DNA of 64,000 nucleotides from Eledone cirrhosa (GCA_964016885.1 OZ024759.1:10292001-10356000), one strand, 5' to 3'. Shown: positions 49,390 to 63,175, counted from the stretch's first letter. Notes: generated from the letters alone by a model not told the origin. Numbers and translations are program-made.

Positions 49390-49870
49390 CATCATCATCA
49401 CCGTTTTACGTCCGTTCTTCCACGCTAGCATGGGTTAGACGGGTTGTCCTGTTGTGGGCAGTGTCTGGTCGGCTGACCATGCCTTGCTCATACAGGAACT
49501 GATCTGGCTTGATTTCTACAGCTGGATGCCCTTCCTAACACCAACCTCATTTACAGTGAGTGCTGGGTGCTTTTTCGTGGCGCCTACACGTCCACTTTAC
49601 AGTGTGGGCTGGGTGCTTTTTTGCCGTGGCACCTCCACGACCACCTTGCGGTGGGGGGAGTGGGGGCATATTGTTTATATGCTTCAGCATGTACCCATGG
49701 GAGGTCGGCTACCCTGTATTACTGCGTGACGCCAGAAGTCACGGTCATGTGTCATTGACTTTGAGAGGTGTAGTTGGGTAAGGTCGGCTTTTATCACCTC
49801 ATCCCAAGTCATCTTGGGTCTCCCCACTCCGCGGTTTCCATCAACTTCTAGTGCTCTGCACCTTTTTATG
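49390..49870 (-). mobile_element. RTE tail and ORF C-terminus
   Basis: Homologous to 59170-59670. Confidence 0.82.
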
Positions 49871-50387
49871 TGGTTCTCAGTGGTTGCAAATTCATATTTC
49901 TTGCATAAAGACCAATGGAGGTGTCAGCACACTTTTACATGGCACCTTTCACATTCCCTCTGGTCAAGCATGTTACAGGCACTCCCGATATGTATCACAT
50001 TTGAGTTATATATATTACTTATTACGTTTGTGTTTAGTATTTGATCTTGAGCAGCTATTAATAAACTTTCTGTCTCTCCCTTACACCAGCTTTTACTGGC
50101 CCCATGCCATCAAAAATGACAGCTAATTGTAACATCTATACATAATATAAAAAAAGAGATGTTTGTTGGCTGGCTGGTTCCTTTGCACTCACTCACACAA
50201 GTGATACAAACATACAGCTGTGGCGAATCAACACTGGATTTCTATAGTTTCTCACCATTTCCTTAGTCATCACATACATATGTGAGTATTAGACACCCCT
50301 TCCTTTGTCGGTCGACATAATCACCCTTCCTTCCTCAATCATCTTTAGTGTGTGACAGACAAATATACAAGGCTATTATATTAGTAG

Positions 50388-50637
50388 ACTAGCAGATGTA
50401 CCCGGCGTTGCTCGGGAAACGAATGACAGCCTGAATTGTTCAAGGTTGTTTATGGCTTAGCTAGCAATTTCAGAGTGCATGTCAGCTTATGTCAGCTAAT
50501 TGGCTAGCCAATGAGAGGTCGCCTCAATAGCACGTGCCAATTCGGACTAGTACTTCAAAAGTTAAAAGGAGCCTAGTATTTGTACACAGACAGACACACA
50601 CACACACACGGACAGGCTTCCTTTTACATATATAGAT
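50388..50637 (+). mobile_element. Non-autonomous Helitron/DINE-1-like element
   Basis: ACTAG..TACCCGGCGTTGCTCGGG hairpin at one end; (ACAG)/(AC) tract and TATATAGAT at the other. Confidence 0.6.
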
Positions 50638-51344
50638 TATATTTTGAAAAGAATTACAAATCAAATACTTCTTCACCCACTTATTCCTGAGAAGGTTTGG
50701 GGGGGGGGGGGGCAGAGTCCTTCGTGTCAGAAGCAACCATCTCCAACTGATCCAGCTGGATCCCCAAGCGTGACCAGCCAAGCTCATGGATGTTATCCAA
50801 CCATCTTGCTCAGGGTCTACCCCTGGATTTCCTGCTGGTTGGTTTTGCCCGTAAAGTTTGTCCAGTGATTCTTTCCTGAGACATTCTAACCACATGTCCA
50901 TAGTATCAGAGCTGTGATCTCTCAATTCAGAGAAGTAGCAGCTCTACCTGGAGTAACTCTATGAACTCCGAATTATGCGCTTTATCGAGTAACGTTACTC
51001 CAAAAACCCTTTGGAGGAATCCACAAATCAAATACTGGTTTAATTATTTTAGAAAATAGATTGATAATATATGGTATAGAACCATTCTTGTTATTTCTTT
51101 GAGACAAAGTCGAGTTGTTTTTCTTGGCACTTGACACTGTTTAGATACGTTAGTCTGTGAATAACTTCTATTGGTTTCACTTACAACCAGAAATATATCT
51201 TATAGCTGTTTCCAACACTACCACTTATCAATGACACAAATATACACTGAACTACTTGTTTATTTCTGTGGAGACGGCCATCTCTATTTGTTTGCTAAAA
51301 GACTACTGAATGTCATCATCCTCATTATTAGAAGTCCTGATTAA

Positions 51345-51745
51345 CTTCTTCTGGTTTGACTTGAGGAGGAAAATAAGGGTAGAGAGAGAAGTGCTGCCTT
51401 CAAAGCAATTTGTTGAAAGGTGGGTGAGAGAGGTGAGCATGGCCTGAGTAAATGGGCCCACTCTGAGTGTGAGCCTGTAGATTGGAGTACAACTGGGACA
51501 GGGCACTTAACCTAAAGATAAGGGTATCTGTGGTTTTTGGGGGGATTTTCCACGAATGACCCTCGGACGTCTCTTCCCTATTAAAGAACCTTTGTTTTAA
51601 TTTTATCTTTTTTTTAACATTGTTAAAATTTGTTTACACGCAGAACTCCCACACTAACACACATACATACGCATACACAGACTGTTTTCGTCCTGTCATA
51701 ATGTTTTTCTTGATGTAAACCCTTTTGTGGTTAATAAAGAAATCA
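51345..51745 (+). mobile_element. Tx1/L1-like LINE 3' end
   Basis: Homologous to 34860-35000 and 28170-28505; ends AATAAAGAAAT. Confidence 0.75.
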
Positions 51746-52089
51746 TTTTTTTTTTGTGCACCCTTACTGCTTTACTGAGCACAGCTGTGTGTGCCTTGGG
51801 TATGTGCAGTGTAGTTTTTGCTGATGTTGTTTCTATTGTATTGATAGTACTTTTCATATGTGTGCAGTGTTTAGTAGTGTTATCTTTTGTATGCTGTATA
51901 TATTTGTAAGTCTGGGGTTTGGGCTATGTATTTGTCTGTGTTTTTTTTTATCATTCCTAGAGCACCTATTATTATAGGTATTGTTTCTGTTTTCATTTTC
52001 CACATTTGAGTTATTTCTATCTCTAGATCTTTATATTTGGAGAGTTTCTCTATTTCCTTGGGAGATATGTTGTCGTCATCTTCTTATTA

Positions 52090-53222
52090 GGGTGGTAGAT
52101 TGGCAGTATTAGTAGAGCATCAGACACGTTGCTTCGCGGCATAAAGTTACGGCCCCTTTACGTTCTAAGTTCAAATCCTGCAGAGGTTAGCTTTGCCTTT
52201 CATCCTTACGGGGGTCGATAAAATAAAGTACCAGTGATGCATTGGGGTTTATTTAATTGACTTTCCCCTCTCCTTCAAATTGCTGGCCTTGTGCCTAAAG
52301 TAGAAACAATTATTATTATTATTATTAGTTGTAGTAGGGCAATGGATTGGCAGTATCGGTAGAGAGTTGAACAAAATACCTTGTGGTATTAGTTACAACT
52401 TTTTACAACGTCTGAGTTCAAATTCTACCAAAGTCAACTTTGCTTTTCAACATTCCAGTGTTGATAAAGTACCAGTTAAATACTCAGGATAATTTAATTG
52501 ATTTTCCCCTTCCCTTGCTGATCTTGTGCCAATGTTACAAACAATAATAAGGGTTTCTGATTTAGGCACAAGGCCAGCAATTTGGGGGAGGGGAAATCAA
52601 CCCCAGTGCATTACTGGTCCTTTATTTTATCGACCCCGTAAGGATGAAAGGCAAAACTAACCTCGGTGGGATTTGAACTTAGACCATAAAGGATCGTAAC
52701 TCTATGCTGCAAAGCATACTGCCAATATAATTGTTTCTACTTTTGGCACAAGGCCAGCAATTACCCCAGTGTATTACTGGTACTTTATTTTATCGACCCC
52801 CATAAGGATGAAAGGCAAAGTTAACCTCGGTGGGATTTGAACTCTGCCAATATAATGAGATAATTATGTGAAAATATAATAGTATATATAGAGTAATTAT
52901 CATCATCATCATCATCGTTTAACGTCCATCTTCCACGCTAGCATGGGTTAGACGGGAGTTGTGCCACTTGAGTAATGTAAATGCTAAAGTGTTAATAGAT
53001 ATATTGTCATCTGTGAAGAATGATGCATCAGTTAGAAGGCATTATTTTTCTATCGGTAGAGGGTCGGACGCCATGCTTTGACGCATAGTTACGTCCCTTT
53101 ATGATCTGAGTTCAAATCCCGCCGAGGTTAACTTTGCCTTTCATCCTTACGGGGTCGATAAAGTAAAGTACCAGTAATGTACTGGGTAATTGCTGGCCTT
53201 GTGCCTAAAATAGAAACAATTA
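52090..53222. mobile_element. Cluster of five SINE B copies in both orientations
   Basis: + strand 52090-52325, 52337-52550 and 53052-53222; - strand 52552-52730 and 52730-52850. Confidence 0.83.
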
Positions 53223-53617
53223 TTTTTCTCTCTGGTCTTTGATCTTGTATTTTACAGGGTGGACTGGGTTCTTTTTGTCGGAACATCAATGGGATCACCT
53301 TACAAGGTGAACTGGGGCTTCTGTTTTTGTGGTACCAGTAGTACTACTTTACAGAGTGGGCTGGGTGTTTTTTGTCATGACACCAACGCTACTGCTTTAC
53401 GAAGTGGACTGAGTGCGTTTAGTTAAAGAATATACTTTGAATTATTCTTTGCCTATATATGGTTGTGTCATCTACTCATCTAATCTACAGTTTATATATA
53501 TATAATTATCATCGTCGTTTAACATCTGTTTTTCCATACTAGCATGGGTTAGACGAGTTGCTCTGTTGTAAGACAAGCCAGGTCCAATGACCATGTCTTG
53601 CTCATACAGAACTGGGT

Positions 53618-54510
53618 GGACTGGGTGCTTTTTGTCGTGACACCTACATGACCACTTTACAGTCTAGACTGGGTACTTTTTTGTTGTGACACCTACATGA
53701 CCACTTTACAGTCTGGACTGGGTACTTTCTTGTTGTGACACCTACATGACCACTTTACAGTCTGGACTGGGTACTTTTTTGTTGTGACACCTACACGACC
53801 ACTTTATAGTCTGGACTGGGTATTTTTTTGTTGTGACACCTACACGACCACTTTACAGTCTGGACTGGGTACTTTTTTGTTGTGACACCTACACGACCAC
53901 TTTACAGTCTCGACTGGGTACTTTCTTGTTGTGACACCTACATGACCACTTTACAGTCTGGACTGGGTACTTTTTTGTTGTGACACCTACACGACCACTT
54001 TACAGTCTGGACTGGGTACTTTCTTGTTGTGACACCTACATGACCACTTTACAGTCTGGACTGGGTACTTTCTTGTTGTGACACCTACACGACCACTTGA
54101 CAGTGTGGGCTGGGTACTTTCTTGTTGTGACACCTACACAACCACTTGACAGTGTGGACTTGGGTACTTTCCTGTTGTGACACCTACATGACCACTTGAC
54201 AGTGTGGGCTGGGTACTTTCTTGTTGTGACACCTACACGACCACTTTACAGTCTGGACTGGGTACTTTCTTGTTGTGACACCTACACGACCACTTTACAG
54301 TCTGGACTGGGTACTTTCTTGTTGTGACACCTACACGACCACTTGACAGTGTGGGCTGGGTACTTTCTTGTTGTGACACCTACACAACCACTTGACAGTG
54401 TGGACTTGGGTACTTTCCTGTTGTGACACCTACACGACCACTTGACAGTGTGGACTTGGGTACTTTCCTGTTGTGACACCTACACGACCACCTGACAGTG
54501 TGGGCTGGGC
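53618..54510. repeat. ~52-bp minisatellite expanded inside a reverse RTE/SINE tail
   Basis: Same unit family as 1-657; directly continues the tail sequence at 53508-53615. Confidence 0.95.
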
Positions 54511-54750
54511 GCTTCATTCTGAATATACCTTTATCGAAATGACACTATGAATCACACTGACACACTGCTTTGCAATACAGAACATGTCACACCACTGATT
54601 CCCATGCAGAACAATGGTAAACTTCCTGTTTTCAGCTTCTCTCAGTGCTAAGTAAATCTATCGTTTAACTACATGATATTTTTGGTTGGAAGGAACCTTG
54701 AGTTGTGTCAAAGACATGTTTACAAATATATATATATATATATATATCAA

Positions 54751-55105
54751 CATCATCATCATCACCGTTTTATGTCCATTCTTCCACGCTAGCATGGGTT
54801 AGACGGGTTGTCCTGTTGTGGGCAGTGTCTGGTCGGCTGACCATGCCTTGCTCATACAGGAACTGATTTGGCTTGATTTCTACAGCTGGATGCCCTTCCT
54901 AACACCAACCTCATTTAGAGTGTGGGCTGGGTGCTTTTTTGCCATGGCACCTCCACGACCTCTTTACAGTGGAATGATAGGGGCCCCAGTCCCTATCATC
55001 TCATTTCTACAGCTGAGTAAACTGGAGCAATGTGAAATAAAGTGTCTTGCTCAAGGAACAACCTTTTGATTGCAAGGCCAATGCTCTAAACACTAAGCCA
55101 TGTAC

Positions 55106-55109
<4 letters not shown>
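54751..55109 (-). mobile_element. SINE family A copy with internal deletion
   Basis: Reverse tail, CORE and head. Confidence 0.86.
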
Positions 55110-55142
<33 letters not shown>

Positions 55143-55474
55143 AGACCAAGTAAAATAAGTCAGTTTTACTAATATTATCCCCCAACTGCAGTTTCTGGAA
55201 TTAAGAAACAATATCAATTATTTCAATAAATTAAAACGACTAATATTGGAAGAATTATTCCATCTTCAGGGTACAATTCTTTGGAAGTTGAGAAAATATT
55301 GAATATATAATACAGGGTCAATAAAATAAAGTACCAGTAACGTACTGAGGTCGAGTTAATAGACTTCCCCTCCCCCCCCCCCCCCCCAAATTACTGGACT
55401 TGTGCCTATAGTAGAAATTATATCTTGCAGTAGTGTTTTTATTTCACTAATTGGAGCTTCTACACTCTGTATAC

Positions 55475-56225
55475 CCCTCTCTATCTTTCTCTCTCTCTCC
55501 CTCCACTTCTCTATCCCTCTCTCCCTCTACTCCCCTATCCCTCCTCTCTCCTTCCTCCCTCTCTCCCTCCCTCCTTCCTCCCTCTCTCCCTCCCTCCTCT
55601 CTCCCTCCTTCCTCCCCCCTCTCTACCTCCCTCTCTCTCTCCCTCCCTCTCTCCCTCCCTCTCTCCCTCCCTCTCTCCCTCCCTCTCTCCCTCCCTCTCT
55701 CCCTTCCCTCTCTCCCTCCCTCTCTCCCTTCCCTCTCTCCCTCCCTCTCTCCCTTCCCTCTCTCCCTCCCTCTCTCCCTTCCCTCTCTCCCTCCCTCTCT
55801 CCCTTCCCTCTCTCCCTCCCTCTCTCCCTTCCTCTCTTCCTTCCTCTCTTCCTTCCTCTCTTCCATCCCTCCCTCCCTTTAACCCTGCCTCTCTCCATCT
55901 ACCCCTCCTTCCCTCTCTCACTCTCTCCCCCACACTCTCTCCCCCACACTCTCTCCCCCACACTCTCTCCCTCACTCACTCTCTCCCTCACTCACTCTCT
56001 CCCTCACTCACTCTCTCCCTCACTCTCTCTCTCTCCCTCACTCACTCTCTCTCTCCCTCACTCACTCTCTCTCTCCCTCACTCACTCTCTCCCCCTCTCT
56101 CTCACTCTCACTCTCTCTCCCTCTCTCTCCCTCACTCTCTCCCCCTCTCTCTCACTCTCCCTCTCTCTCCCTCCATCTCTCTCCATCTCCCCCCCCCCCC
56201 TCCTCCTACCCATACCCCCCCCTCT
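55475..56225. repeat. Polypyrimidine (CCCTCTCT)n tract
   Basis: About 750 bp almost entirely C/T. Confidence 0.92.
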
Positions 56226-56527
56226 ATTCTGTTGATTTACCATTTTATTTTGTCATTTGAGAATAAACACATCATATGAATCTTTCACTCTCTTTATACT
56301 CTATCTATCTCTCTTTCATTCTCTCTCTCTCCCTCTTTCATTCTCTCTCTCTCACCCTTTCTCCCTCATCACCTTCTATCTTCCCCCTCTCACCCCCTCT
56401 ACCCCCCTCTCATTATTCTACTATTATTAACATAGTTATCCTATATTTCCACTCTCTACAAAATCAATGGAGACCAAAATATTGCAATAATTATTCTATT
56501 TATTCTGTGGTTATCTATTTTTTCTAT

Positions 56528-56566
<39 letters not shown>

Positions 56567-56669
56567 TAATATATGTGTATATGTACGTATATATATATAT
56601 GCACTTATATATACATATATACATACATACATATATTTATATACACATATATACACATCTACATTTATA

Positions 56670-56714
<45 letters not shown>

Positions 56715-56717
<3 letters not shown>

Positions 56718-56914
56718 AAAAAGTATGACCCCGACGGCAGAGCTCAAGCCGTTTTGACGGCTATTTCTGGACTCAGAGTCCAGAAATAGTCATCGAAACG
56801 GCTTGAGCTCTGCCGTCGGGCTCATACTTTTTCCTATTTCCCACTCTACTACCCTAAGTATTGAGTACTCTGGTGCGTTATGGTCCATCTGGTTCCTCAC
56901 CACAATTCCTTTGT
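56715..56914 (+). mobile_element. Third copy of the fold-back PLE-like remnant
   Basis: Palindrome 56715-56835 centred on CTGGACTC-A-GAGTCCAG; flanked by (TA)n. Confidence 0.7.
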
Positions 56915-57348
56915 TATATATATATATATATATATATAATGTGTGTGTGTATTGTGTATATTTTATCATGTAATCCTAGTAATATATAATAAACTAGATG
57001 TAGCAGTAGTTCTAGTGAAGATGGTGTCTTCATCCATAGACTGTTGTTTAGTTCACTATTAAAGAAAGTGGAAATTTCTTCATCAATATTCTGGAGACCT
57101 GGAAGATGAGTCAACTTCTGAGTCAGTTGAAAAACTAATAATATTTCATTTATCTTTCTTAGAGGAAAACTATTTTTTTTCGATCAATTTTTTTTTATTT
57201 TAAAATTTCAAATTTGTTTCAAATGAATAATTTCTTGTTAAACAAAAAATAAACCCAGTTTTCCAGGAAATTTCCAAAATCAATATTTAACTAGATATAT
57301 TGGATTTTATATATATATATATATATATCATCATCATCATTTATCATT

Positions 57349-57379
<31 letters not shown>

Positions 57380-57450
57380 TGATATTCTACAGGACTAGAA
57401 CTGTTTCATTCTTTAGAAATCATCAGGAATCAGATTCAACCCGGAATTAC

Positions 57451-57603
<153 letters not shown>

Positions 57604-57945
57604 GGAGGCACATGGCTTAGTGGTTAGAGCATTGGCCTTGCAATCGAAAGGTTGTGAGTTCAATTCTCAGACCGGGTGATGTGTTGTTTCCTTGAGCAAG
57701 ACACTTTATTTCACATTGCTCCAGTTTACTCAGCTGTAGAAATGAGATGATAGGGACTGCGGTCCCTATCATTCCACTGTAAAGTGGTCGTGGAGGTGCC
57801 ACGGCAAAAAAGCACCCAGCACTCACTGTAAATGAGGTTGGTGTTAAGAAGGGCATCCAGCTGTAGAAATCAAGCCAGAATCAGTTCCCGTCCCACCCCT
57901 GCAAGCAGGGAGAAGCGGATGAAAAAATGAAATGAAATGAAAATA
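57604..57945 (+). mobile_element. SINE family A copy with type 2 tail, after a long (TA)n run
   Basis: Ends CCCCTGCAAGCAGGGAGAAGCGGATG. Confidence 0.88.
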
Positions 57946-58189
57946 TATATATGTGTGTGTATATATATATATACCTACGCTGTAATGTGGTCGTGTAGGA
58001 GACACGGTAAAATGTTTGGTGTTAGGAAGGGCATAGAAAACCTGCCAGGTACAGTTCTATCTGAGCGAGACACGGTCACTTGATCAATCTTGCAGCAAGT
58101 GGGACAATTCCTGTCTGACCCATGCTAGCATGGAAGATAGATGTTAAACAATGATGATGGTGTATGTATATGTGTGTGTGTGTGTGTGT

Positions 58190-58830
58190 TTTAGTCTTAG
58201 GGTCTTCCGCGCGTTTCAGTGCATCGAGCAGTAAGTAGAAGCCAACAGTCACAATCAGTGGCTTTTTCATGTCCATGCCAAGTGATGTTGGTCGCCATCA
58301 GGTCTTTTTGGAACATTCGTTGCCAGGTGATCCTGGGGCAACCCCACCTCCATTTGCTGCCAGGTGGAGTCCAAGTTCATTGCTGTTTTCAAGTGTCGTT
58401 CGTTGGCAGTATATGGCCAGTATATGGTGCAGTATATGGCCAGCCAGGTGGCACCAGCGCTCCGTGACCACCCTCTGAAGTGTCCATGACCCGGCTTTCC
58501 ACAGGATTTCCTCGTTTCTCACTGTCGCCCCAGGACACACAAAGAATCCTTCACAGACGCCACTAGTGGAATGCGTTCAACCGTCTCTCTATCTTTGCCG
58601 TGCTCTTCCAGGTTTCACTCACGTAAAGCACTGTTGGCAGCACGATGCTCTTCTACAGGTGCAGCTTGATCCTGGTGCTGATGCATAAAGACTGAGTGCA
58701 TCTGCTGGAAAACTGCGGCTCCTTTGCTGATCCGATAGTTGATGTCGAGCTCCTTGTTGACATTGTTTGCCAGGATGTTGCCCAGATAGCTGAAGGTATC
58801 GACTTCTTCCAGGTCTTGTTGGTTGACTAA
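58190..58830 (-). mobile_element. Degenerate RTE-clade LINE of a different family
   Basis: EEVDTFSYLG...; VRNEEILWKAG..LQRVVTERW..LAGHIL. Confidence 0.72.
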
Positions 58831-58859
58831 TTGCTGGACCCTATATATATATATGTGTA

Positions 58860-58894
<35 letters not shown>

Positions 58895-59169
58895 CATCAT
58901 CGTTTAATGTCTATCTTCCACGCTAGCATGGGTTAGACGAGTTTGTCCCATTTAGAGCCAGGTTGGGTCAGGTGACCGTGTCTCGCTCATATAGAAATGT
59001 TTCTGGCTGGTTTTCTACAGCTGGATGCCCTTCCTAATGCTAACCACATTTACAGTGTGGGCTGGGTGCTTTTTGTCATGACACCTACACGACCACTTTA
59101 CAGTGTGGGCAGGATGCTTTGTGGTACCAACATAATATATATATATATATATTTGTGTGTGTATACACA

Positions 59170-60185
59170 AATCATCATCATCATCATCATCACCACCATT
59201 TTATGTCTCTTTTTCACGCTAGCATGGGTGAGATGAGTTGTCCTGTTGTTGGCAATGCTAGGTCAGGTGACCATTTCTTGCTCATACAGAACTGATTCTG
59301 GCTTGGTTTCTACAGCTGGATGCCCTTCCTAACACCAACCTCATTTACAATGAGTGCTGGGTCCTTTTTCTCATATCTCCTACACGACCACTTTACAGTG
59401 CGGGCTGGGGGCTTCACTGGATGCATTTACTTCGGCCTGTCCTCATGTGAGATGTATGAGAGGGTGGTGCACACTGTCTACATGCTTCGGCTTATACCCG
59501 TGGGAAGTCGGGTCTTCTGTAATACTGCGTATCGCCAGAGATCTCGGTCCTGTGTCATCACCTTTGAGAGGTGCTGTTGGGTAAGGTCGGTTTTTATCAC
59601 CTCATCCCAGGTCTTCCTGGGTCTCCCCACTCTGGGGTTTCCATCAACTTAGTGCGCTCTGCACTTTTTTATGCAGCTGTTATCCTTCATTAGCATCACA
59701 TGTCCATATCAATATAATCTCCTCTCCTGCACACAGCATTTCATTCCTCTTATGCATAGTTTCTTTCTCACTTCATTTATGCTTCACCGTTCTCGTATCC
59801 TAGTATTAAACATCCTTTGAAGCAAGCACACTTCATTCCTTTCTGATCTACGCAAGTCTTCTCCACACAGTGTCCAGGTCTCACCACCATGCAACATTGC
59901 TATTCGTATGCACGCATCATACAGTCTATTTTTCATTTTGAGGGAAAAACCTTTTGTAGCCAGCAGTGGCAGTAGCTCCCTGAACTTCTTCCATCCCGTT
60001 CTTACCCTGGCTGTATTTTCAGAACACCCACCGCCGCTGCTAATTCGGTCACCCAAGTAACAGAAGCTGTTTACTGTTTCTATAAAGCCCTCCCAGAGTT
60101 TGGTAGCGCTTGTTTCCTGTGGCCGTTTGCTGCTTACTGTCTCGGTGCAACTGCCACATGTGAAGCATACATTCTTAGCTAAACT
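59170..60185 (-). mobile_element. 5'-truncated RTE LINE with tail
   Basis: SFCYLGDRISSGGGCSE...GWKKFRELLPLL...RLYDACIR.AMLHG.ETW. Confidence 0.92.
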
Positions 60186-60640
60186 TCCTCAGAATGTAAA
60201 GGGCCATAACTCTATGCTGCAAAGCATAGTGTCTGACACTCTGACGATACTGCCAATCCATATTTGAAACTAACTAAAACAACATGAACTAACCACATAT
60301 ATTTCAGTGTTTAACTCCAGCAGGTTTATAGATAGAAATATTTCAGTGGAGACTCTAAATATAGTCAAAGGTAGTTTGGAAAAAACTAATTGGAAGCAGA
60401 CTGTTGTATATACAAAGAAGACATTATACTTGTTTATTTTTATATTATTAGTTAAACATACTCCCAACACCAGAAGAAAAATATTACAGGAATCTCATTA
60501 ATCAGATTATATATATATATATATAATTTTACGTCCGCTTTTCTCTGCTTGCAGGGAAAAGCGGACGTAAAATGATGATGAGATATATATATATATATAA
60601 AGTATATCATACACAAAATGCCATCAACAGTTTTCAAAGA

Positions 60641-60692
<52 letters not shown>

Positions 60693-60694
60693 AT

Positions 60695-60975
60695 CATCGT
60701 CACCATTTTACGTCCGTTCTTCCACGCTAACATGGGTTAGACGGGTTGTCCTGTTGTGGGCAGTGTCGGGTCGGCTGACCTTGTCTTGCTCATACGGGAA
60801 CTAATTCTGGCTTGATTTCTACAGCTGGATGCACCTTCCTAACACCAGCCTCATTTACAGTGAGTGCTGGGTGCTTTTTATTTTCCATGGCGCCTACACG
60901 TCCACTTTAGTGTGGGCTGGGTCCTTTTTTGCCGTGGCACCTCTACAGCCACTTTGCAATGGAATGATAGGGACC
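60695..60975 (-). mobile_element. SINE A / RTE tail fragment
   Basis: Reverse type 1 tail. Confidence 0.8.
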
Positions 60976-61091
60976 TATAAGTTACTAGACAACCAGTGAC
61001 CCATTGGGTCATGTTCACTTAAAAATAATTTTTAAATGATTAAAATATACACAGACATATATATAATCTAAAATGAAACTGGAAGGCCCAT

Positions 61092-63175
61092 ATCATCATG
61101 GTCATCATTTTATGTCTGCGTTTCCCGGCTTGCAAGGGTTGGACGGCATCTCTCCACTTGTCATGGTCCTTCGTCATCTCCTTGGTGAGTTTCAGCGATC
61201 TGAGGTCTGCTCTCATCACCTCCGCCCATGTTTTTGGTGGTCTACCTCTACTGTGTCTTCCTTCTACTGGGATTTCTTGGCACTTCTTTAGCCAGCGGTC
61301 ATCCTCCATGTGCATCACATGTCCTTACCATCTCGGCCTTCTCTCCTGCACACCACAACTTATCCTTCTTACACACAGTTTCTCTCTCATCTATGCTTGG
61401 TCGTTCACGCACATTGACATTGCAAATCCAACAGAACATACTTGCTTCATTTCTCTCCAGCTGTCGCATATCTTCTGCAGTTGCTGCCCATGTCTCACTA
61501 CCATGCAGCATTGCGCATCGGCATCATATAACCATCCTTTCATACGCAGGGAGAAGCCCTACTTTGTCAACAGAGGAAGCAGCTCCCTAAACTTCTTCCA
61601 ACCCATGCTTATTCTAGATACTGTGGCCTCGGAACATCCCCCTCCCATGCTAATCTGATCACCTAGGAACCGGAAGCTATCAACCCCTTCTATAGAACCC
61701 ACCTGCATTGGAAAAATGTGTCTATCACTGCGATTATTACTGCCAACTTTCCCTGTACATCTACTGCATACGTATTTCTCCCTACCTGTTAGTTTGCTTG
61801 CTATCCCACTACATCTCTTGTGTACCCAAGATCTGCATTGCGTACATTTTATGGAATTTGTGCCAGTTCCTTTCCTACATATCGAACATGGCCATTTCCC
61901 TGATGGAATCAGAGTATTGTCCTCTCTTCTACTTATCAACACTTTTGTCTTAGCTGGGTTCACTCTCAGTCCTCTTGATTCCAACTGCTGTTTCCATAGC
62001 CAGAATTTATTCTCTAGCTCCTCTACTGATTCTGCTATAAGAACCAGATCGTCAGCATAGAGAAGTTCCCATGGACAGCCAGTCTTAAACTCCTCTGTTA
62101 TGGCTTGGAGGACTATAATGAACAAGAGCGGGCTGAGGACCGAACCCTGATGTACACCTACTTGTATCTGGAATTCCTCACTAAACTCCATTCCTATTCT
62201 TCCTTTACTGACAGCACCCCTGTACATAGGTTGCACTGTCCTCACAAGCCATTCTTCTACACCTAGTTTCCTTAGGGACCACCAGATGACAGATCGGGGT
62301 ACCCTATCAAAGGCCTTCTCTAGGTCAACAAAAGCTAAGTATAGTGACTTATTCTTCTCTAAGAACCTCTCTTGCAGTTGCCTCACTAAGAAGAGGGAAT
62401 CAGTTGTACTTTTCCCAGGCACAAAACCAAACTGCATCTCATCTAATTTGACCCTTTCTCTAATCAGTTGCGCTAATATTTTCTCTGCCACTTTCATAAC
62501 CTGATCCATCAGTTGTATACCCCTATAATTGCTCCTCTCCAGAGCATCCCCTTTACCTTTGTAGCAATTTATGAGAATACTGCTATACCAGTCTTTGGGT
62601 ATGACACCACCATATATAGCCTGATTGATGATGCGTGCAACCAGTTTAGTACCTACGTACCTTGATGCCTTCAGCATTTCAGCAACTATCCCCGACGGTC
62701 CAGCAGCCTTACCATTCTTCATTTCCTTAATTGCCTCGTGTACACTATATTCGTTAATCTCAATAGCTGGTCCCTCTGTCTGATCTACTGAGGGCAATTT
62801 CTCTCTCTCTCCCATTTGTTCTCCACATTCATCAGTCTCTCGTAATGACATGTCCAGGCCTCCTTTTTCTGATCATTCGTGACACTAAGTACACCGGCAT
62901 CATTCCGGACACATTTATCTCCAACAGCATCCTGATTTGCATTGACACATTGCCTTGCAATGTGGAACACCACACGCCTCTGATCTTCCCGTTGCAGAAC
63001 ATTGGCAAACCTCCTACTCTCAGCCTCCCTGCGTGCTAAGTACACCTGACGTCTATCTTCTCTCTTAGCGGCTGTGTATCCTTCTCTACTCCCACCGTTT
63101 TTCCAAGCCTTTCTTGCTAGTCTTTTGTCTCTAATGGCCCTATCTACTGTGCTGTTCCACCACCAGGTCCAGTTA
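61092..63175 (-). mobile_element. RTE-clade LINE, 5'-truncated and frameshifted: RT domain, PHD-like Cys finger and C-terminus
   Basis: ORFs 62785-63192, 61559-62851 (KAAGPSG, QFGF, FVDLEKAFDRV, GVHQGS, YADDL), 61299-61511 and 61040-61318 are consecutive frameshifted pieces; type 2 tail. Confidence 0.96.

Noticed and set aside
61559-62851. Active retrotransposon or novel RT system
   Set aside because: Ordinary RTE-clade RT; frameshifted, lacking the endonuclease end, and with no associated accessory genes.
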